From assembly GCA_049999805.1 (NCBI GenBank), contig JBNGIO010005744.1, positions 32,804-81,790 on the forward strand: a stretch of 48,987 nt of DNA, in the 5' to 3' direction. Positions 22,946-38,790 of the stretch are shown in pieces. The notes under the pieces were generated by a model, which was given only the letters and a program-made list of their open reading frames with translations, ran no database searches and was not told the DNA's origin. A program made the translations under genes and the position numbers. Each line of letters begins with the position of its first letter. The stretch's first letter is position 1. Source of the stretch: Folioceros fuciformis. Taxonomy: Eukaryota.

Positions 22946-25900
22946 TCAGGGTGATGCTGTCTCCCTCATTTCGTATAGTCGATCCAAAACAGCACCATAG
23001 ACAGCTTGGTTTGGTGACCTGTCATTGGACCTGAGCTCGTCCAGGAGCTTGCAAGCATCCCCTACACGCCTCGACTTCATCAAGGCATCCAAAATTATGT
23101 TGTATGTGATGACGTTAGGAGCTACACCCTGGAGTTTCATGTCTGTAAACAATCGACATGCTTCGTCGATTTCACCTGCTTTGCTCAAACAGTCCACTAA
23201 AGCACTGTATGTGACAACGTTCAGATTCACCTCGTTGTCCTTCATCTCGGCAACAATATCCCGAATTGCATCAATCCGATTTGCTTTACCCAGGCTGTCC
23301 ACAAGACTGCTGTATGTCACGACGTTGGGAACAAGTCCTTGGGTCTTCAGCTCCTCAAATGCCACATATGCACTATCCACTAGACCTGCCTTTCCCAGTC
23401 CGTCGATGAGTGTGCTGTAGCTTACCACGTTGAGTTGCAGCCCCCTGCTCTTCATCTGTTCCCACAGATTCAGTGCCTGCAGAATAGCCCCTTCTTTCAC
23501 AAGCCGGTCGAGGACCACAGTATATGTGACTACATTCGGGGCGATCCCACTTTCAACCATTTCCTTGAGCAACCGACAGGCCTCGAGGACATCACCTGCC
23601 TTCACAAGACCATCGACAGCAGCTGTATAGGTGACCACGTTTGGCGGTGTCCCAGTTTTCTTGAGATCTTCAAGCAGCCTTTTCGCATCGACAATGGAAC
23701 CTGCCTTGATGCTGGCAGCTATGAGGGCTGTGTATGGCACAACATCTGGAGTCAACCCTTTTTCAGACATTTCATCGAAAACCTTGTTAGCTTCCTCCAG
23801 TTTCCCATTCCTTCCAAGCCCATCAATGAGGCAGCTGTAGGTGTGCACGTCAGGAACCAGCCCTTCCTCTTGCATCTCTGTGAAAAGCTTGCAAGCTTCA
23901 CCAGTTTGGCCCACCTTACCCAAGCCATTCATCAGCGCGTTGTACGTGGCTACGGAAGGTGCAACGTTCTGTTCTTTCATTTGGTTGAACAGCTTCCAGG
24001 ATTCACCCATCTGACCCGCACGCCATAGGCCATCAATCATGCTGGTGTACGTATGGGCATCGGCGGTGATGCCTTCTTTTTGCATCTCGTCCAGAAACCT
24101 GACCGCCAGATCCATTTGGCCAGCTTTGCTCAGTGCTTCTACCAGACATGCGTACATTGTTCGGGTTGGTTTAACACCTAAATCACACATTTCTACAAAA
24201 ACCTTGCATGCTTCATCAATCCGCCCGATCTTCCCGAAATTATCAATGAGGCTGGTGAAAGTCTGTACGTCGGGGACCAGCCCATTTTCTTTCATTTCAC
24301 AGAACATCAGGTATGCATCATGTGTTCGACCAGCTTTTCCCAGTCCATCGATCACAGCATTGTAAGTGACAGCGGACGGAGATATCCGTTGCCCCTTCAT
24401 CTCCTCCAAAACCTTCAGTGACTCATCCACCTTACCTACTCGTCTGAAGCCATCAATCAAAGTTGTATAGGTAAAGGCATCTGGCACAAAGCCACTGGCT
24501 TTTAGATCCTGGAAGAGCTTACACGCCTCGTCTACCCGACCTGCCTTTCCCAATCCATCCATGAGGGAGACATAGGTCACCAGATTGGGTTCATTTGGGG
24601 TGCCCCTCATACCTTCGAACAACCGGCATGCTTCATCTACTCTACCAGCTTTGCCAAGAACGTTGATGAGCGTGTTGTACGTAATGACTGAGGGCGAAAT
24701 CGCAGAGACTTGCATCTCCTTGAACAGCTGGGTGGCCTGATCCACCTGGCCAGCCTTTCCGTACCCATTGATGAGGCAACTATACGTCACCACATTGGGA
24801 CTCACCCCTTTCGCCTTCATGCTCTCAAACATCTTCAAAGCCTCGCTCATACGACCCATCTTGCACAACCCATGCATGAGACTAGAGTACGTCCTGACGG
24901 AGGGGCAATATCCATCTCCCTCCATGTCTTCAAACAGCTTCAGAGCTCTATCAACCTCACCAGCTTTGCCAAACCCATCTATCAAGATATTATACATGAC
25001 TAAATTAAATGCCATCCCTTCCTCTCTCATCTCTTCTGCAAGCTTGAAGCTCTCATCAAACTTGCCAGCTTTGACATACCCATTCACCAGTGAACCATAA
25101 GTCCGAATATCTGGCTTCAAACCCCTCTCCTTCATCTCCTCAAACAAGCTGCGAGCCACATTTGCCTTCCCAAGCTTAAACTGACTGTATATCAGCCGAT
25201 TGTACGTAGGCACGTCCAGTTCACACCTCGTCTCCACTGCTTCCAGATAGAACTTGTACGCACTGGGGTAGTCACCAGCCTTCACAAGCGCAGTGATGAG
25301 AGAATTATACGTCAACGAACGCGGCTGACACCCATAGCTCTTCATCTGCTGGAAGATTCTGACAGCTTGAGCTGGAGCACCAGCCTTGCTGTAAGCTGCA
25401 ATCACACACACGAAAGCCTCACTCAGCTCACATCCCTCCAATCTCATCATCTCCAGCACCCTGTGCACGGCGGCAAACCTGAGAGCATCGCCTAACTTTT
25501 TCAGCATACACAAGTACACAGGGCTCTTGTGCCTGTAGCCCTGTTGCGTCCCTGCCCACAAAAAGAACTCCAGAGCCAAGTCTACATCCGCCATGCCCTT
25601 CAAAACTGCCATCACCAGAGCTGCCTCGGCCCTGAATCCCAGCTGCTCCAGCACTGCCTCGGTCTTGACACTCCATTGCAACTGACCCAGTATATCCAGA
25701 ATGCACTGCACCTCCATGTCCATCACTGTAGTAATCTCCACAGGCGGGCCAGATTGCACCCTCACTGGCCTCCCCCTCTGCTCCCGCAGCCTGATGGTAA
25801 TGCCCAACAGCCTCCCCCTCTGCTCCCGCAGCCTGCGCGCTTGAATCTCCTTCCTCCTCAACAGCAACCGCCCGAATCTCAACCGAACCTTCACCTCCAC

Positions 25901-25978
25901 CCCAGCTCTGCCCTTGCCAGGCCCTCCGAATCCAGCAGCCACAACGGGAGACTTGACAGGAAACAGCCTGAGCGCCAT
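22946..25978 (-). CDS. P-class pentatricopeptide repeat protein (~1010 aa, >20 repeats), probable organelle targeting
   Basis: Tandem 35-aa motifs (e.g. VTYSCLINGYGKAGQVDQATQLFKEMQVSAISPSV). Arg-rich N-terminus; no E/DYW tail. First ATG at 25978. Confidence 0.95.
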   Translation of the reverse strand: MALRLFPVKSPVVAAGFGGPGKGRAGVEVKVRLRFGRLLLRRKEIQARRLREQRGRLLGITIRLREQRGRPVRVQSGPPVEITTVMDMEVQCILDILGQLQWSVKTEAVLEQLGFRAEAALVMAVLKGMADVDLALEFFLWAGTQQGYRHKSPVYLCMLKKLGDALRFAAVHRVLEMMRLEGCELSEAFVCVIAAYSKAGAPAQAVRIFQQMKSYGCQPRSLTYNSLITALVKAGDYPSAYKFYLEAVETRCELDVPTYNRLIYSQFKLGKANVARSLFEEMKERGLKPDIRTYGSLVNGYVKAGKFDESFKLAEEMREEGMAFNLVMYNILIDGFGKAGEVDRALKLFEDMEGDGYCPSVRTYSSLMHGLCKMGRMSEALKMFESMKAKGVSPNVVTYSCLINGYGKAGQVDQATQLFKEMQVSAISPSVITYNTLINVLGKAGRVDEACRLFEGMRGTPNEPNLVTYVSLMDGLGKAGRVDEACKLFQDLKASGFVPDAFTYTTLIDGFRRVGKVDESLKVLEEMKGQRISPSAVTYNAVIDGLGKAGRTHDAYLMFCEMKENGLVPDVQTFTSLIDNFGKIGRIDEACKVFVEMCDLGVKPTRTMYACLVEALSKAGQMDLAVRFLDEMQKEGITADAHTYTSMIDGLWRAGQMGESWKLFNQMKEQNVAPSVATYNALMNGLGKVGQTGEACKLFTEMQEEGLVPDVHTYSCLIDGLGRNGKLEEANKVFDEMSEKGLTPDVVPYTALIAASIKAGSIVDAKRLLEDLKKTGTPPNVVTYTAAVDGLVKAGDVLEACRLLKEMVESGIAPNVVTYTVVLDRLVKEGAILQALNLWEQMKSRGLQLNVVSYSTLIDGLGKAGLVDSAYVAFEELKTQGLVPNVVTYSSLVDSLGKANRIDAIRDIVAEMKDNEVNLNVVTYSALVDCLSKAGEIDEACRLFTDMKLQGVAPNVITYNIILDALMKSRRVGDACKLLDELRSNDRSPNQAVYGAVLDRLYEMRETASP

Positions 25979-26482
25979 CCCCACCAGCTCCTGCTGATGG
26001 GCTGCTTCCAGAAAAGCAGAATCGCCCGCCTACCACGGGCTACTCAGGGATGCACACATTCATACATCCCGATTCAGACAAATCCAGACTCCACATATCT
26101 ACCGCCAAAACCGATTCAAGGGACATGGCGGCTTGGGACAGGAAAGTCCTTTCCGTAGCCTGCGGCTGACCCGTGGCTATGACACCGGTTACTTAACCAC
26201 ACAAAGTGTCAATCTCTTCGGACCGGCGAGGCAGCCAGGTGGTGTTAACGAGCGCATACCAACGGCGTGCACCGCATTGCAAGTCCCCGCCCGGCGCTAG
26301 GGGGAATCGGCGCTCGCGGCACGGTACTAGGGGCCTGCTGCCCGATGTTGAATCCGAGGACTCGACGACGGATCGCAAGGGAGAGATGGGCATTTGCAGA
26401 ATGAGGTGGCTGAGGCAGTCGGGCCGAATGCTCACCAAAAATCAGACAGAGACCTCATGATTGAAGGAAGCTGACATTTCTT

Positions 26483-28162
<1,680 letters not shown>

Positions 28163-28694
28163 CGTCGCTAAAGCTTGTCTCTCATTCGCATTGTTCTGTT
28201 GGGGGAGCTTTCGGTGTCTTCGGAATCGCTGTTTAAACTCCTTGACGCGGGAAGACAAATACTTCGTTTCGCTTCGGACCCTGATTTTGCTTTGTTTTCC
28301 GGATTAGGGCGGATTGCCTGAAGACATGTGGCAGTTCAGGGCAAGCAAATCGAGCGCTTGACTGTACCAGCGTTGGGATTGCATCGCGGGGAGAGGTTAT
28401 GGGCAGCTCGGTTGGTTCGGGTTGGGTTGGGTGATTGTGTCTGGTTGGAGTTGGATAGTTTCGCTGAGGAACTGGACTGGGCGGAGAAAGCGTGGGGTGC
28501 CGTGCCTGCTCGCCAGGTCATGTGGAGGGTTCGTTAGCAGGGCAGGAGAGCAGAGAGGTGCAAGCATGCGGCAGCTGCGGCTGCCTGTGCTGCACAATTC
28601 TCTGCAATGCGTGCCCGCTCTGGAGCTGTTGCTGTTACATATTCACGGGACATGGTCGGTGCATCTATGTCCCGAATAGTGAATGCAGGCCATC

Positions 28695-31600
28695 ATGTGG
28701 TTCTTCAAAATTAGGGACCGCTTCTCCTTGGAAGAACTGAAGTACGCACGATTCTTGCCTCATCACAGTTCAGAGCAGATCTTGGTGCAGAGAATTGAAG
28801 CGGAGGTGCTGTTGGTGCAGGTACTTAACGGAACAGCTGCAAAAAGCGGCAGCCGTGAATGAAGCGAATAAGGTGGGACAAATTCATTCAGGCTACTGGT
28901 CTTAAATTTGATGCCAATTCTAGAGTGTTGGACGTCCAATTGTTGCCACGTCATCATGTGGTGATACTCTTATGCAGGACTATGTGGTGGAGACACTGCG
29001 TTCGATTGCTGAGCTTCTCATTTGGGGAGATCAAAACGACAATCCTGCATTATTCGAGTACTAACAAGTCTTAACATCCTGAAGGTTTCATGTTTTTTGT
29101 TTTTTGCAACAGTTTACTGTGATGCTCAGTGAGTTCGGGTTCTTGTGGATGGCAGCTTTTTTATGGAGAAGCAGGTTATGTCTGACTTCATACAGATTCT
29201 GAAGAACACCAGTGATAGTAGCAATACCATTGCTGTCCAGTTGCTTCAAACACTAAGTCTTTTGATCCAGAATATCCGAAGTGAGCAGGCAATATGTAAG
29301 TCGCTTCTTAATCTTGCCTTCCACTTTGAAGTAAGGTGGCATTCTTTGCGGAACTGGTGTAGCTGGCTCTTGGGAAGTATCCTGAAAGTTTTCACCTCTC
29401 ATAGATTACCTTTTCAGCAATGAGTATATCAACAAACTCATCACCTATCCTTTTGACTTTCGACATGAGGAGCTTCTTGCCTACTACATTTCTTTTTTAA
29501 GGTGCGTCTATGCCTCAGGGCCTAGACTTTAGACAGATTGTTGGGAGTGTTTACGTCACGATTTTTCTTACCTGGCTTCAGGTGACATGCTTCATTATGA
29601 TGTACAGTCAAGACCATTAGTCTTTTGATTCGTGGATTGAGTGACATGAGATTCATTTGGGCACTGGTGTTTGAACTTGCTTCAGAACCATCAGCATGAA
29701 GCTGGACAAGAATACAATTTCATTCTTTATCAAAACAGAAGATGTATGTGACTCTTGTAATCCTTGACAACGTATAAACTTTTTCAGCTTTAAATCTTGT
29801 TCTTCAGAGTGGTCATTTAGAGACGTCTCATGCTCTCTGTGTAGGATGAGATTGTGTCGTTTCCCTTGTACACTGAGGCCATCAAGTTCTTCCATCATGA
29901 GGAAAGCATGGTGCGAATAGCTGTTCGCACGCTCACTCTTAGTGTCTATCATGGTCAGTTGTTCCTGCTCAATCCCTCTATTCGGTTTATTCCTTTTGAT
30001 GCCAAACCTTGAATCAAAGGGTAAGGATAATTATGGTTGCAGCTGGGTTCAAAGTAATGTACTGTCTTCCTTGCTTGTTCAGTGGACGATGATGGGATAC
30101 GAAAGTTTGTCACTAGCTCACATGCTGTGCGCTACTTTTCCGATGTAGTCGAATTTGTCCGGCAGCAGAGTTTTGCTCTGGATGGCTTAGTAGCAGAGGC
30201 GGCAAAGTGAGTTTTCAGTTCTTGTCATTTGTTTCGTTTCCTTCCATGTTAGAGCCTTAAGTAGCCATACCTGAAACGTTCTAATGTACTGTCCAGATCA
30301 CCTGATTCTGCACATACAACCGGAAGGCTGGAAGCCGCAATTGCAGAGACTGGGGACTTGCTGTATTACTGCAATGACATTATTGGTGGCAGTGTCCCTG
30401 GGTTGGCTGAAATAATGACGGAGCATATCTTGCGGTTGCTCGTGGTACCTGTATTAATCCCTTCAATCTATGGCGTGCAGAAGATCCAAACTTCTGACCT
30501 GGTAAGAAATTTGAAGCGACGGACTTTTACTTTTGTTTGTAGAAACATTGCACTACGTCCAAGGACTGACTGCAACCAAGGACGTTCTAGACTTTGATAC
30601 ATAATACATGTTCAGTTGCAGGTCAGTGCTCTGTCTGCCATGTACCTTCTCTCACGTCTGTTGCATGTGGTAAGACACAAAGCATTGGTGAATAGGATTG
30701 CTGCGGCCCTTGTGCGACCTTTTGTTGGTCTGGAACCTGCACTTCTGGAGGATGGGAAGGTGGACGCCAGATCAACAAAAGATGAGGATGTTATCACCGA
30801 GGCTGATAAAGAGCAAGGCAGCAGTTTGATGGATGAAAACTGCCGTGATGATGGAAATCTGTTAGGAGAGGTGAAAATAAATCCTAGGTAAATCACGTTG
30901 TTGCTTTGGTTCAATTTGCAAGTGTTTGCAGCAGGGATGCAGACAGTGCTACTGGTGCCTGTAGCTCTTGAGTTGGAATTCCAAACTGGTCTTGTGACAT
31001 GCAGAGAAGCTTTGATCTCGAATCTCCTCAGTGGCGATGATAAGCTTGTCCTGGCAGCAATTTGTGTTTTTGTCTCGTTGTTACGGAATGAAGGTACGAA
31101 GCTGCTATCCAGTTTGTTCATTGCCATCATTGTGGCATTATGGAAGAAACCTGTCATGCAACAGGATGGATCATGATTTAATGTTTTGCAGCCCTAGATG
31201 AATCGCTTCTGGATGCCCTTGGTCTGTTGTCTCAACGCAAGCGACACAGAAAGCGCCTGTTGGTATGAACTGCTTGCTTCATTTTCCTTGCACAAGTCTA
31301 CCTCCTTCTCGTTAAGATGCACTAACGGTGTACTGGCATACTTTCCTGCTGGTTCTTGTTGGGTCCGTGAAATGCAGCAAGCTCTGATGGGAACAAAACC
31401 CGATGAAGAGCTTGGCCAGCTATTTGATCGCACTGAGGATGATCTATCTTTGGAGCTTCAGACTCTGAAGGTGTCAGCCGCTGAAGATGTTGTGGTATGC
31501 TGTGTGATCTGTGTTTGCAGGAATGCACACTTTTGGATACGGGTTTCGGTTGCATCCACATTATCTAGCTAGACAAACAGTTTATGATAAAAGGTTCGGC

Positions 31601-33227
31601 ACATGTGTTCCAGGTGGTGGATTCCCTTATGCAAGTTCATTGTCGGAGGCCTCCACCATGTGTTGAAGCCCTATGGCATACCGGGTGGTTGATTCGCCAG
31701 TTAGTGCCGCACCATGACCACAAACTGAGTGATGCTCGAAAACTCATGTTGGAGGTGTGTCACTGAGCACGTGGAACACATACTTCGAGTCTGACGGTGC
31801 CGGTGGACTGTTCTTAGAAGTGGTATAATGAATTGCAGAATGCTTGTGATGGAGCGTGTGAAGATCTTTTGAAAGAGTTAAAGGGATGCTGGTGTGATAT
31901 CATTCCTACACTTTTGAAGGATGAGTGGGTTGTGGCGAAGAAAGGTACGTGCCCTTCCTCTGGCTACCAACGTAGTGCCGTCTTAATTTTCATGGGCAGC
32001 CATCAGCTGACTATGTCTGACCTCTCAACAGCTCTGGAAACTCCTTCCCTTGAAAGAGACTCTTCTTTTGTGCTAATGCCTCACTCCCAGGGGTCACCTG
32101 TTGATGGTAATAAATAGCGGACTCTGCTCTACTTGGTTCAAAGTGCAGTGCTGAGGTTGTGTGTCTACCATCCGTAACCACTAGAACGTCTTGAAAAGAA
32201 GGGCTGATTTTTGTGGCAGATGATCAATCATCCTCGGCACTCGGAGAACGAATGCGAGCCAACCTCAAGGTTGACTTCAACCTTAGGTGTCTGGACTGTT
32301 CTCTGAAGTATGTGACAGCCCATTTCTGATGTTGGCCTTTTTCATGAACAGGTTTTTGTTGTCCTACATCAGATGCGTTCTATACTTCTCAATGGCCGAG
32401 TGGAGGATCAGCCTATGCTGGGTGAGGTAGACAACCTATCTCGGGGGCCTCGCCCGTATAATTCCAGCGTTGTCCCTCAACTAGTCAAATCTGGCAACGA
32501 ACTAGAACTCAGTAAGATGCCCTTTATTCTGTCAGTGCTTTTTTGTTCTCCTCGCGCAGGCTATTCCTGCGTTTGTCACTGCGCCAATCTCACCCTGAAT
32601 GGGATGAGAAAGAGTGAGACAGCTGACCAATTACTCGTCTTGCCAGTATCATGGAACGCTATGCCTTGTCGAGTTTCTTTTGAGAAAGGGAAAGAACGCA
32701 ATGTCTATCTGCTAGCACTTTCGCACGGTGTGTCTGGGTGGCTCATTCTTGCGGAGGACGTTCCCTCTAAGCCTCGCATAGGCATCATCCGGGTGATCGC
32801 ACCTCTTGCAGGCTGCGCGGTAAGGCGATGTGATATAGCTCTCAATGCATGCTGGTATGATCACCATCGAGCCTCCAGAACTCGGTGCTGTTGTTCACAA
32901 TCTATTCCTGTTGCTGTGCAGCCAAGGATCGACAAAGAGCATCCTCGATGGTTGCATCTCCGAATACGGTCTCCAAACCACCCATCTGCCGAGGCCGGCA
33001 AGCTTGGCACACTGGTGGGAGGGTCTGCGCAGATGAAACGCCTAGTAGATGGCAGATGGACTCTCGCCTTCTCTGATGAAGCCAGTTGCAGAAAAGCCTT
33101 GCAGGTTGTAACGGAGGAATTGGCATTCCAGAAACATGCAGTGGACCAAGTAGTAAGGCCTTTGCTTAGTAACCAATCTCCAAGTCCTCCCCCTGAAGCG
33201 ACGCTGATAGCATCAGCGTCTGGGTAG
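28695..33227 (+). CDS. TT9: TRANSPARENT TESTA 9 / GFS9 (CLEC16A/FPL-domain) homolog, many exons
   Basis: [73 protein letters not shown]-terminal [26 protein letters not shown]. Confidence 0.92.
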
Positions 33228-33940
33228 ATATTTCCTGACCATGGGTGGTGGGTTGTTAGAAATCTAATTGGGGATGGTATGTACTTTTAAGTCCAACGTA
33301 ATCTTTGGCATTATGCATCCCCCATGTATTATTTATTGGTTACACTGAGCGTGGGTCCTGAGGCGCCCCCTTCGTCCAGATCCACCGCGTCCTGTTGATT
33401 AATTCTAAGGCTCTCACGGGAAGGCTCAAAGTGAAAGATCTGGTAGGAAGGCTTTGTACATACAAGGCCACGTGTTCCTGGGTCCCTCGATAGGCTGGAA
33501 ATCTGAACACAAGGCTCTCAAGGACAGCGTCCGCTATGCCGATAACCCCAGAACGTCACGTGGACTGACTGGTTCCGTCTACCCAGCAACCTTTCAAGTC
33601 ACACTTTTGCGTGCATGGATCTGGTAATTAGTAACGTCTGACATCGATTGCGACTCGGAAGCTCCCTGCCAAACGCCAGATATGTATGCACTAGCAGAGG
33701 AATGGCTGAACGCTATCCGCAGTGACAGATTTGTAGGTGCTGCAATCTGAGTCAAGGATTTGCGCCAACGCGGGGAATTTGTTTCCAGGGATTGCCTTGC
33801 GTCAGTGACTTGCAGATTCAAAACCAGGGCTTCGGCTTGTCTGAACTGAACTTACCGAGACCCGAGATTTATAAGTTTATGTGCTGCCAGCCTTCTTCTC
33901 GGATTCGAAGGTTCAGGTTCAGGATCTCACTGTCTGCAAG

Positions 33941-36900
33941 ATGGCAATTGAGCTTGCTGGTGTCCAAGAATCGTTAATTCCGAGATTCTCGATACATGGC
34001 CTGTTGGGTGGATCGTCACCTGAGAGAAGGACTTGGAGGAATGTACAGTCTGGCTCTACCTGTGGCTTTAGGCCAGTCATTGCCGGCCTTGCGGGACAAA
34101 GACCCGTGCCTCGAGCGTTGGGACTGCGAGCGTCAGCTGCTCAGACGGATGGCACACGGTCGCCAAGGACCAGTACACCCGTAAGTTTGGGGCAGGACAG
34201 TGGACTTGTGGCCTGCCAGACAGTTGGTAAATTGCAGATGATCAATCACAAGCTTCTCTTAGTGGTCAGTGCAGCCTGACCAAGGCTTTGTGGCATCCTA
34301 CGAGGTAGAGCGTCAAGCTGGGAGCTGACGGAAGTGGTGGCAAAAGTTTTGCTGACATGCTTGGAGATTGGTCTGAAGGCTGGCCTGGAGGAGAAACAGG
34401 TCTCTATAGTTGGGTATGTCTTTATGGTTCTGGAGTTGGAGGGTCCAAGCGCTTTTCTTGGTGGGTTTCTCAATCCAGCGGTCAGGCTACTGATGGCTTC
34501 CTCTGGATTTGCTAGGTGGACATGCTGGAGCTGAAGGCATCTAATGCTCGAGAATTTGCCATAAGGTCTGTTCTCGCCCACCTACTCAGTCGGAAGTGTT
34601 CTTCATCTTGTCTGAATAAGTCAAAATCGATACTAATTTGGTGGTCTCGGCAGTTACAATCCAGAAAAGCTAGCAGAGGTTATGAGCAAGCGACCTGAGG
34701 ATATATGTGCCCGGGCTTTTGACATATTAACGAAGCTTGGAGGATTTGCTGCAGCCTTGTTGCTTGAAAGACGGGTACGATATCTTCATGTGAACAATAT
34801 CATGCCGGCAAGAAAGAAACCCACGGTTGCTGCATTGTGTACCGTGATTGCCAGGTTGTGTCAAAAATAAATCATATCCGCGGGAAATGATGGCTTGACT
34901 CCCCTAGTGCTGTGTTGTAGACTGGAAATGCAAACAACACGCAGCGGGCCAGAGATCTTCGACGCATACTGATCCGGCTTGGTCCATCTTTTGTGAAGGT
35001 ATTGAAGTTTTTAGTGGTTACTGCTTATTTTCTGCAAGTGTTACTTCATGTTGCGTCTGTTGTAGAGCTACAATGTGTTGTGGTCGTCTCATATGCACTC
35101 GGCCTACAGGTGGGGCAGTCATTGTCAGTGAGACCAGATCTTTGTCCATCGGAGTACTTGGAAGAACTATCAGAGCTGCAGGTTGGCCTCCTAACATCTT
35201 GATGAATCTGACCATTGGGAAAAGAGAGGTCTACGTTCCCCCCTCCGTTCTGAGTCCTGCTTCTTGGCTGATGGTTGTGCCAGGATCGTATACCCCCTTT
35301 TGCAACTTCCTTGGCATACGCACTGATAGAAGAAGAGCTTGGAGCACCTGTACGTGTCGACCTTCAATTGGATTCAGGGTTCTTCCGATGCCTATGGAGG
35401 GCTAAGTTTCTAAGGTGGTCATTGCTTTTGACCAAGTTTGAGTATGCATGTAGGTGGAAGAGTTGTTCTTGGAGTTGTCACCTGCGCCAGTTGCGGCTGC
35501 CAGCTTGGGTCAGGTGAGTCTCCAGCAATATTCCTGTTGATCGAGTTTTAGGTGAAACACGAAGACAATGAATTGTAATAAGCATGTATCCTGCAGGTCT
35601 ATCGAGGGCGGCTGAAGTCTACTGGAGAGTGGGTAGCTGTTAAGGTACGGTTGGCAGTGTTATTGCCGGTGACAAATGCCTTCTCAGCTCCTCCTGTGTG
35701 GTTTATTCTATTTCAAAACAGCTTTTTTTAAACAAGTTCGTGACTTGTGGCAGGTGCAGAGACCAGGGATTGGCGACAGCATTGCCATGGACATGTTCTT
35801 AGGTGAGCCTGATTACCATATCATCTGAGTAGGATGAAGTGATCAATACCATCTAAGGTCAACAGAACGTCTGGTGTCATTTCAGTGCGCAAGTTAGCGT
35901 CATGGATGGACAAGACCAAAAAAATGGGGACATCTTCTCTTGTGCCAGTTGTTGATGAATTTGCAAGTCGACTGTTTGGAGAATTGGACTACGTAAAGGT
36001 TAGGATCATGTCATAAGGAGCCATGACAGATTGCCACGCTTGCAGAGATGTTATCCTGAAAACAACTTGCCTGGAATGAACAGGAAGGCCAAAATTCCGA
36101 GCGGTTTCAGGAGCTGTATGGGTCACTTCCACACATTCGCGTTCCTAAAGTCTTCTGGAAGTACACGTAAGGATTTGAGAAATGCTGGTTGTCTGTGTTT
36201 CGTCTTGCATCCCATTGTTTCAGTTTTTAAGCTGATTTTGTCCACTATCACAGCACAAGGCGGGTTTTAACTATGGAGTGGATAGAGGGCGTGAAACTGA
36301 CTGACAGAGCAGGAATGCTAGCATATGGCCACCGGGTAGTTGATTTCGTAAATCTTGGTGTGGACTGTACCATGCATCAACTGCTTGGACATGGTGAGTG
36401 CCATCAGTGCTGGGTGATTTTCATCTGAATCTGGCAGTGGTACTGAATGTGTGTCCACGGATAGTTTTATGGGCTCCGATTAACGTTCCATACTTGTGTA
36501 GGTTACTTTCATGCCGATCCACATCCGGGGAACATCCTAGTCACAAGGTCAGGGGACCTTGTGTACCTAGACTTTGGGATGATGAGTGAGGCACCGCAGA
36601 CTGCAAGGTGAGGACAGCATGCATCGAAATGTGCAATGTTTTGGTTCCTAATTCCACAGAAGATGAGTCTTCGGGTTATCTTTTCTGCTGGTTTCCTTGC
36701 TGTCAGGTATGGCATCATGGAGCATCTTGTGCACTTGGTTAATCGAGAGTATGAAGCAATGGCCAAAGACTACTACAAACTGGGCTTCTTAACACCGGTG
36801 AGCTCAAAAGACTGGGTCTGTTCCACGTGTTGTTTCAATGGTCTCCTTCACTGGCCTCTTGACCGGCTGGCATGCTTATCTATCCTTGGTACCATAAACT

Positions 36901-38150
36901 TAGGCTGTCTGTTATGCCTTCTAGAGCACAGATGTGTCACGCCTTGTTCCAGAGCTGGCTCAATTTTTTGATGACGTCCTTTCTAAGACGGTCGCTGAAC
37001 TAAATTTCAAGGTAAACTGAGCTTGAGGGTCTGCCTTTAGTTTTCGAGTTCCTCGACAGATAACTTTGAGCAGTGACTGCAACTGTGTGGCGTTTATGTG
37101 AACAGTCAATAATTGACGGCCTCGGAGATGTTCTGTTCAAGTATCCGTTCCAAGTACCTCCTTACTATGCACTGATTGCTCGAACGTTAACTGTCCTTGA
37201 AGGGATTGCCATGAAGGCTGATCCGGACTACAGGGTATGTCATTGAACCAGGAGGTTGTAGATTAAAGACTGTCATGCTCGTTGTCAGGATCTAACCCAT
37301 ACTTACATGCTACAGCTTATTGCCAAGGCATACCCGTATGTGGCAAAGAGGTTGTTAACAGACGATGCTAGCGAGTTGAGATCATCTCTTCAAGAGCTCT
37401 TGATCAAAGACGGATCCTTCAGGTGTAGCCACATTCCGCTACAGTCATGTGTTGCGATCTCTTATCTGCGCCATTCATGGTGGCTCACTTTTGATGCTTC
37501 GTCTTTGCGAAGTCTCCTCTCACTTGTGTGTGCCAACTCTTACGGCTGGCAGGTGGAACCGACTTGACGATCTGGTTCAGCAAGGAGAAAAACAACAAGG
37601 CGGTATCAAGCAAGAGCAGCTTTGGACTCTGTTGCACTGGACTGTGTCTGAAACACAGGCTCATGGATTGCGGAATGCCTTGGTGAACGACCTCGTGCGC
37701 ATAATAGATGCGATGGGTGTGAACGCAGCTCGTGCAGCTGCCTCCTCCATTGCGACCTCTTTGTCCGCATCACAGAAAGATGTGGAAAGCATGCTGGACA
37801 AGGCTTTACCTGTGAGGATAGCAGATCGGCAGGCCCTAGAGCAGTTGTCGTTGCTGAGGAAGACTGTGATAAAACCTTCGGAGCAGAGTACTCTCGAAAA
37901 TCAGCAGCGTTGGAAGGCTCCCTGGGAAGTGGCTTCAGAAGTTATCACGTCGGTAAATTCCACCGTCGACAACATGAGGTATCAGGTGGATAAGGTGGTC
38001 CCAGAGATTCAGCGGTTGACAGATTCTCCAGGTTTCTCACAAATGGCTACAGAAATTGGGCAGGGTTTGCTCAGCAGGATGGGGGCTCGTGCTCTTCGAA
38101 TCTTGTTGCGGGAAGTCGATGTTACTTCAGACAAAAAGAAAGACGGCTAA
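33941..38150 (+). CDS. ABC1/UbiB atypical kinase, ABC1K3-like, probable plastid transit peptide, many exons
   Basis: [84 protein letters not shown]. Confidence 0.9.
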
Positions 38151-38790
38151 CCTTCGTACCAGTGTGATACAGCTTGTGAACAGCCTCTGCTAGTACATGG
38201 CGGGATCCTGGCTTTCGCTTTATGAGAGCAGAACAGGGAAAGAAGGGCTACTTCAGAAAAGCTTTACCAACTGTACTATAGATCATTGCTCATGGCAATT
38301 TTTGGACGCGCCCAAAGATAATTACACGTAACAGCTCCGTCAGCCACATTGGCTTGACAAAGTAATAGCAGAGCTTTTTCATTGAGTCAAAAGCTCGTGT
38401 CAACTGCCAACTTCCTATTATACATGTAAAAACCTGTCAAATAATAAATCCTGTACTCATGCATCACATAGACCCTGCTGTCCATACGCCGACTCCCCAC
38501 AATCCTCCGCAATTCCCCCGTGTTTCGATGTATACGGAGGTGGATGCAAACACCATTCTGTACAACCTGATTACATATCCATCGGCCTGTCCGAATATGA
38601 CCATCTGTTGCGCAGGTGGCCTCAATAATGATCAGACCATAACACATAAGAGTTGAACAACCGAGAGACTCCAAGGTCTATGTAGTGCAAGACCTCCACT
38701 TCAAATATGACCAAGCTCATCATCCGTTGCCCGTCCCGAAAAGCAACACTCATTAGCAAGCCCAGACACATACTTTACTCTCCATCTCGG

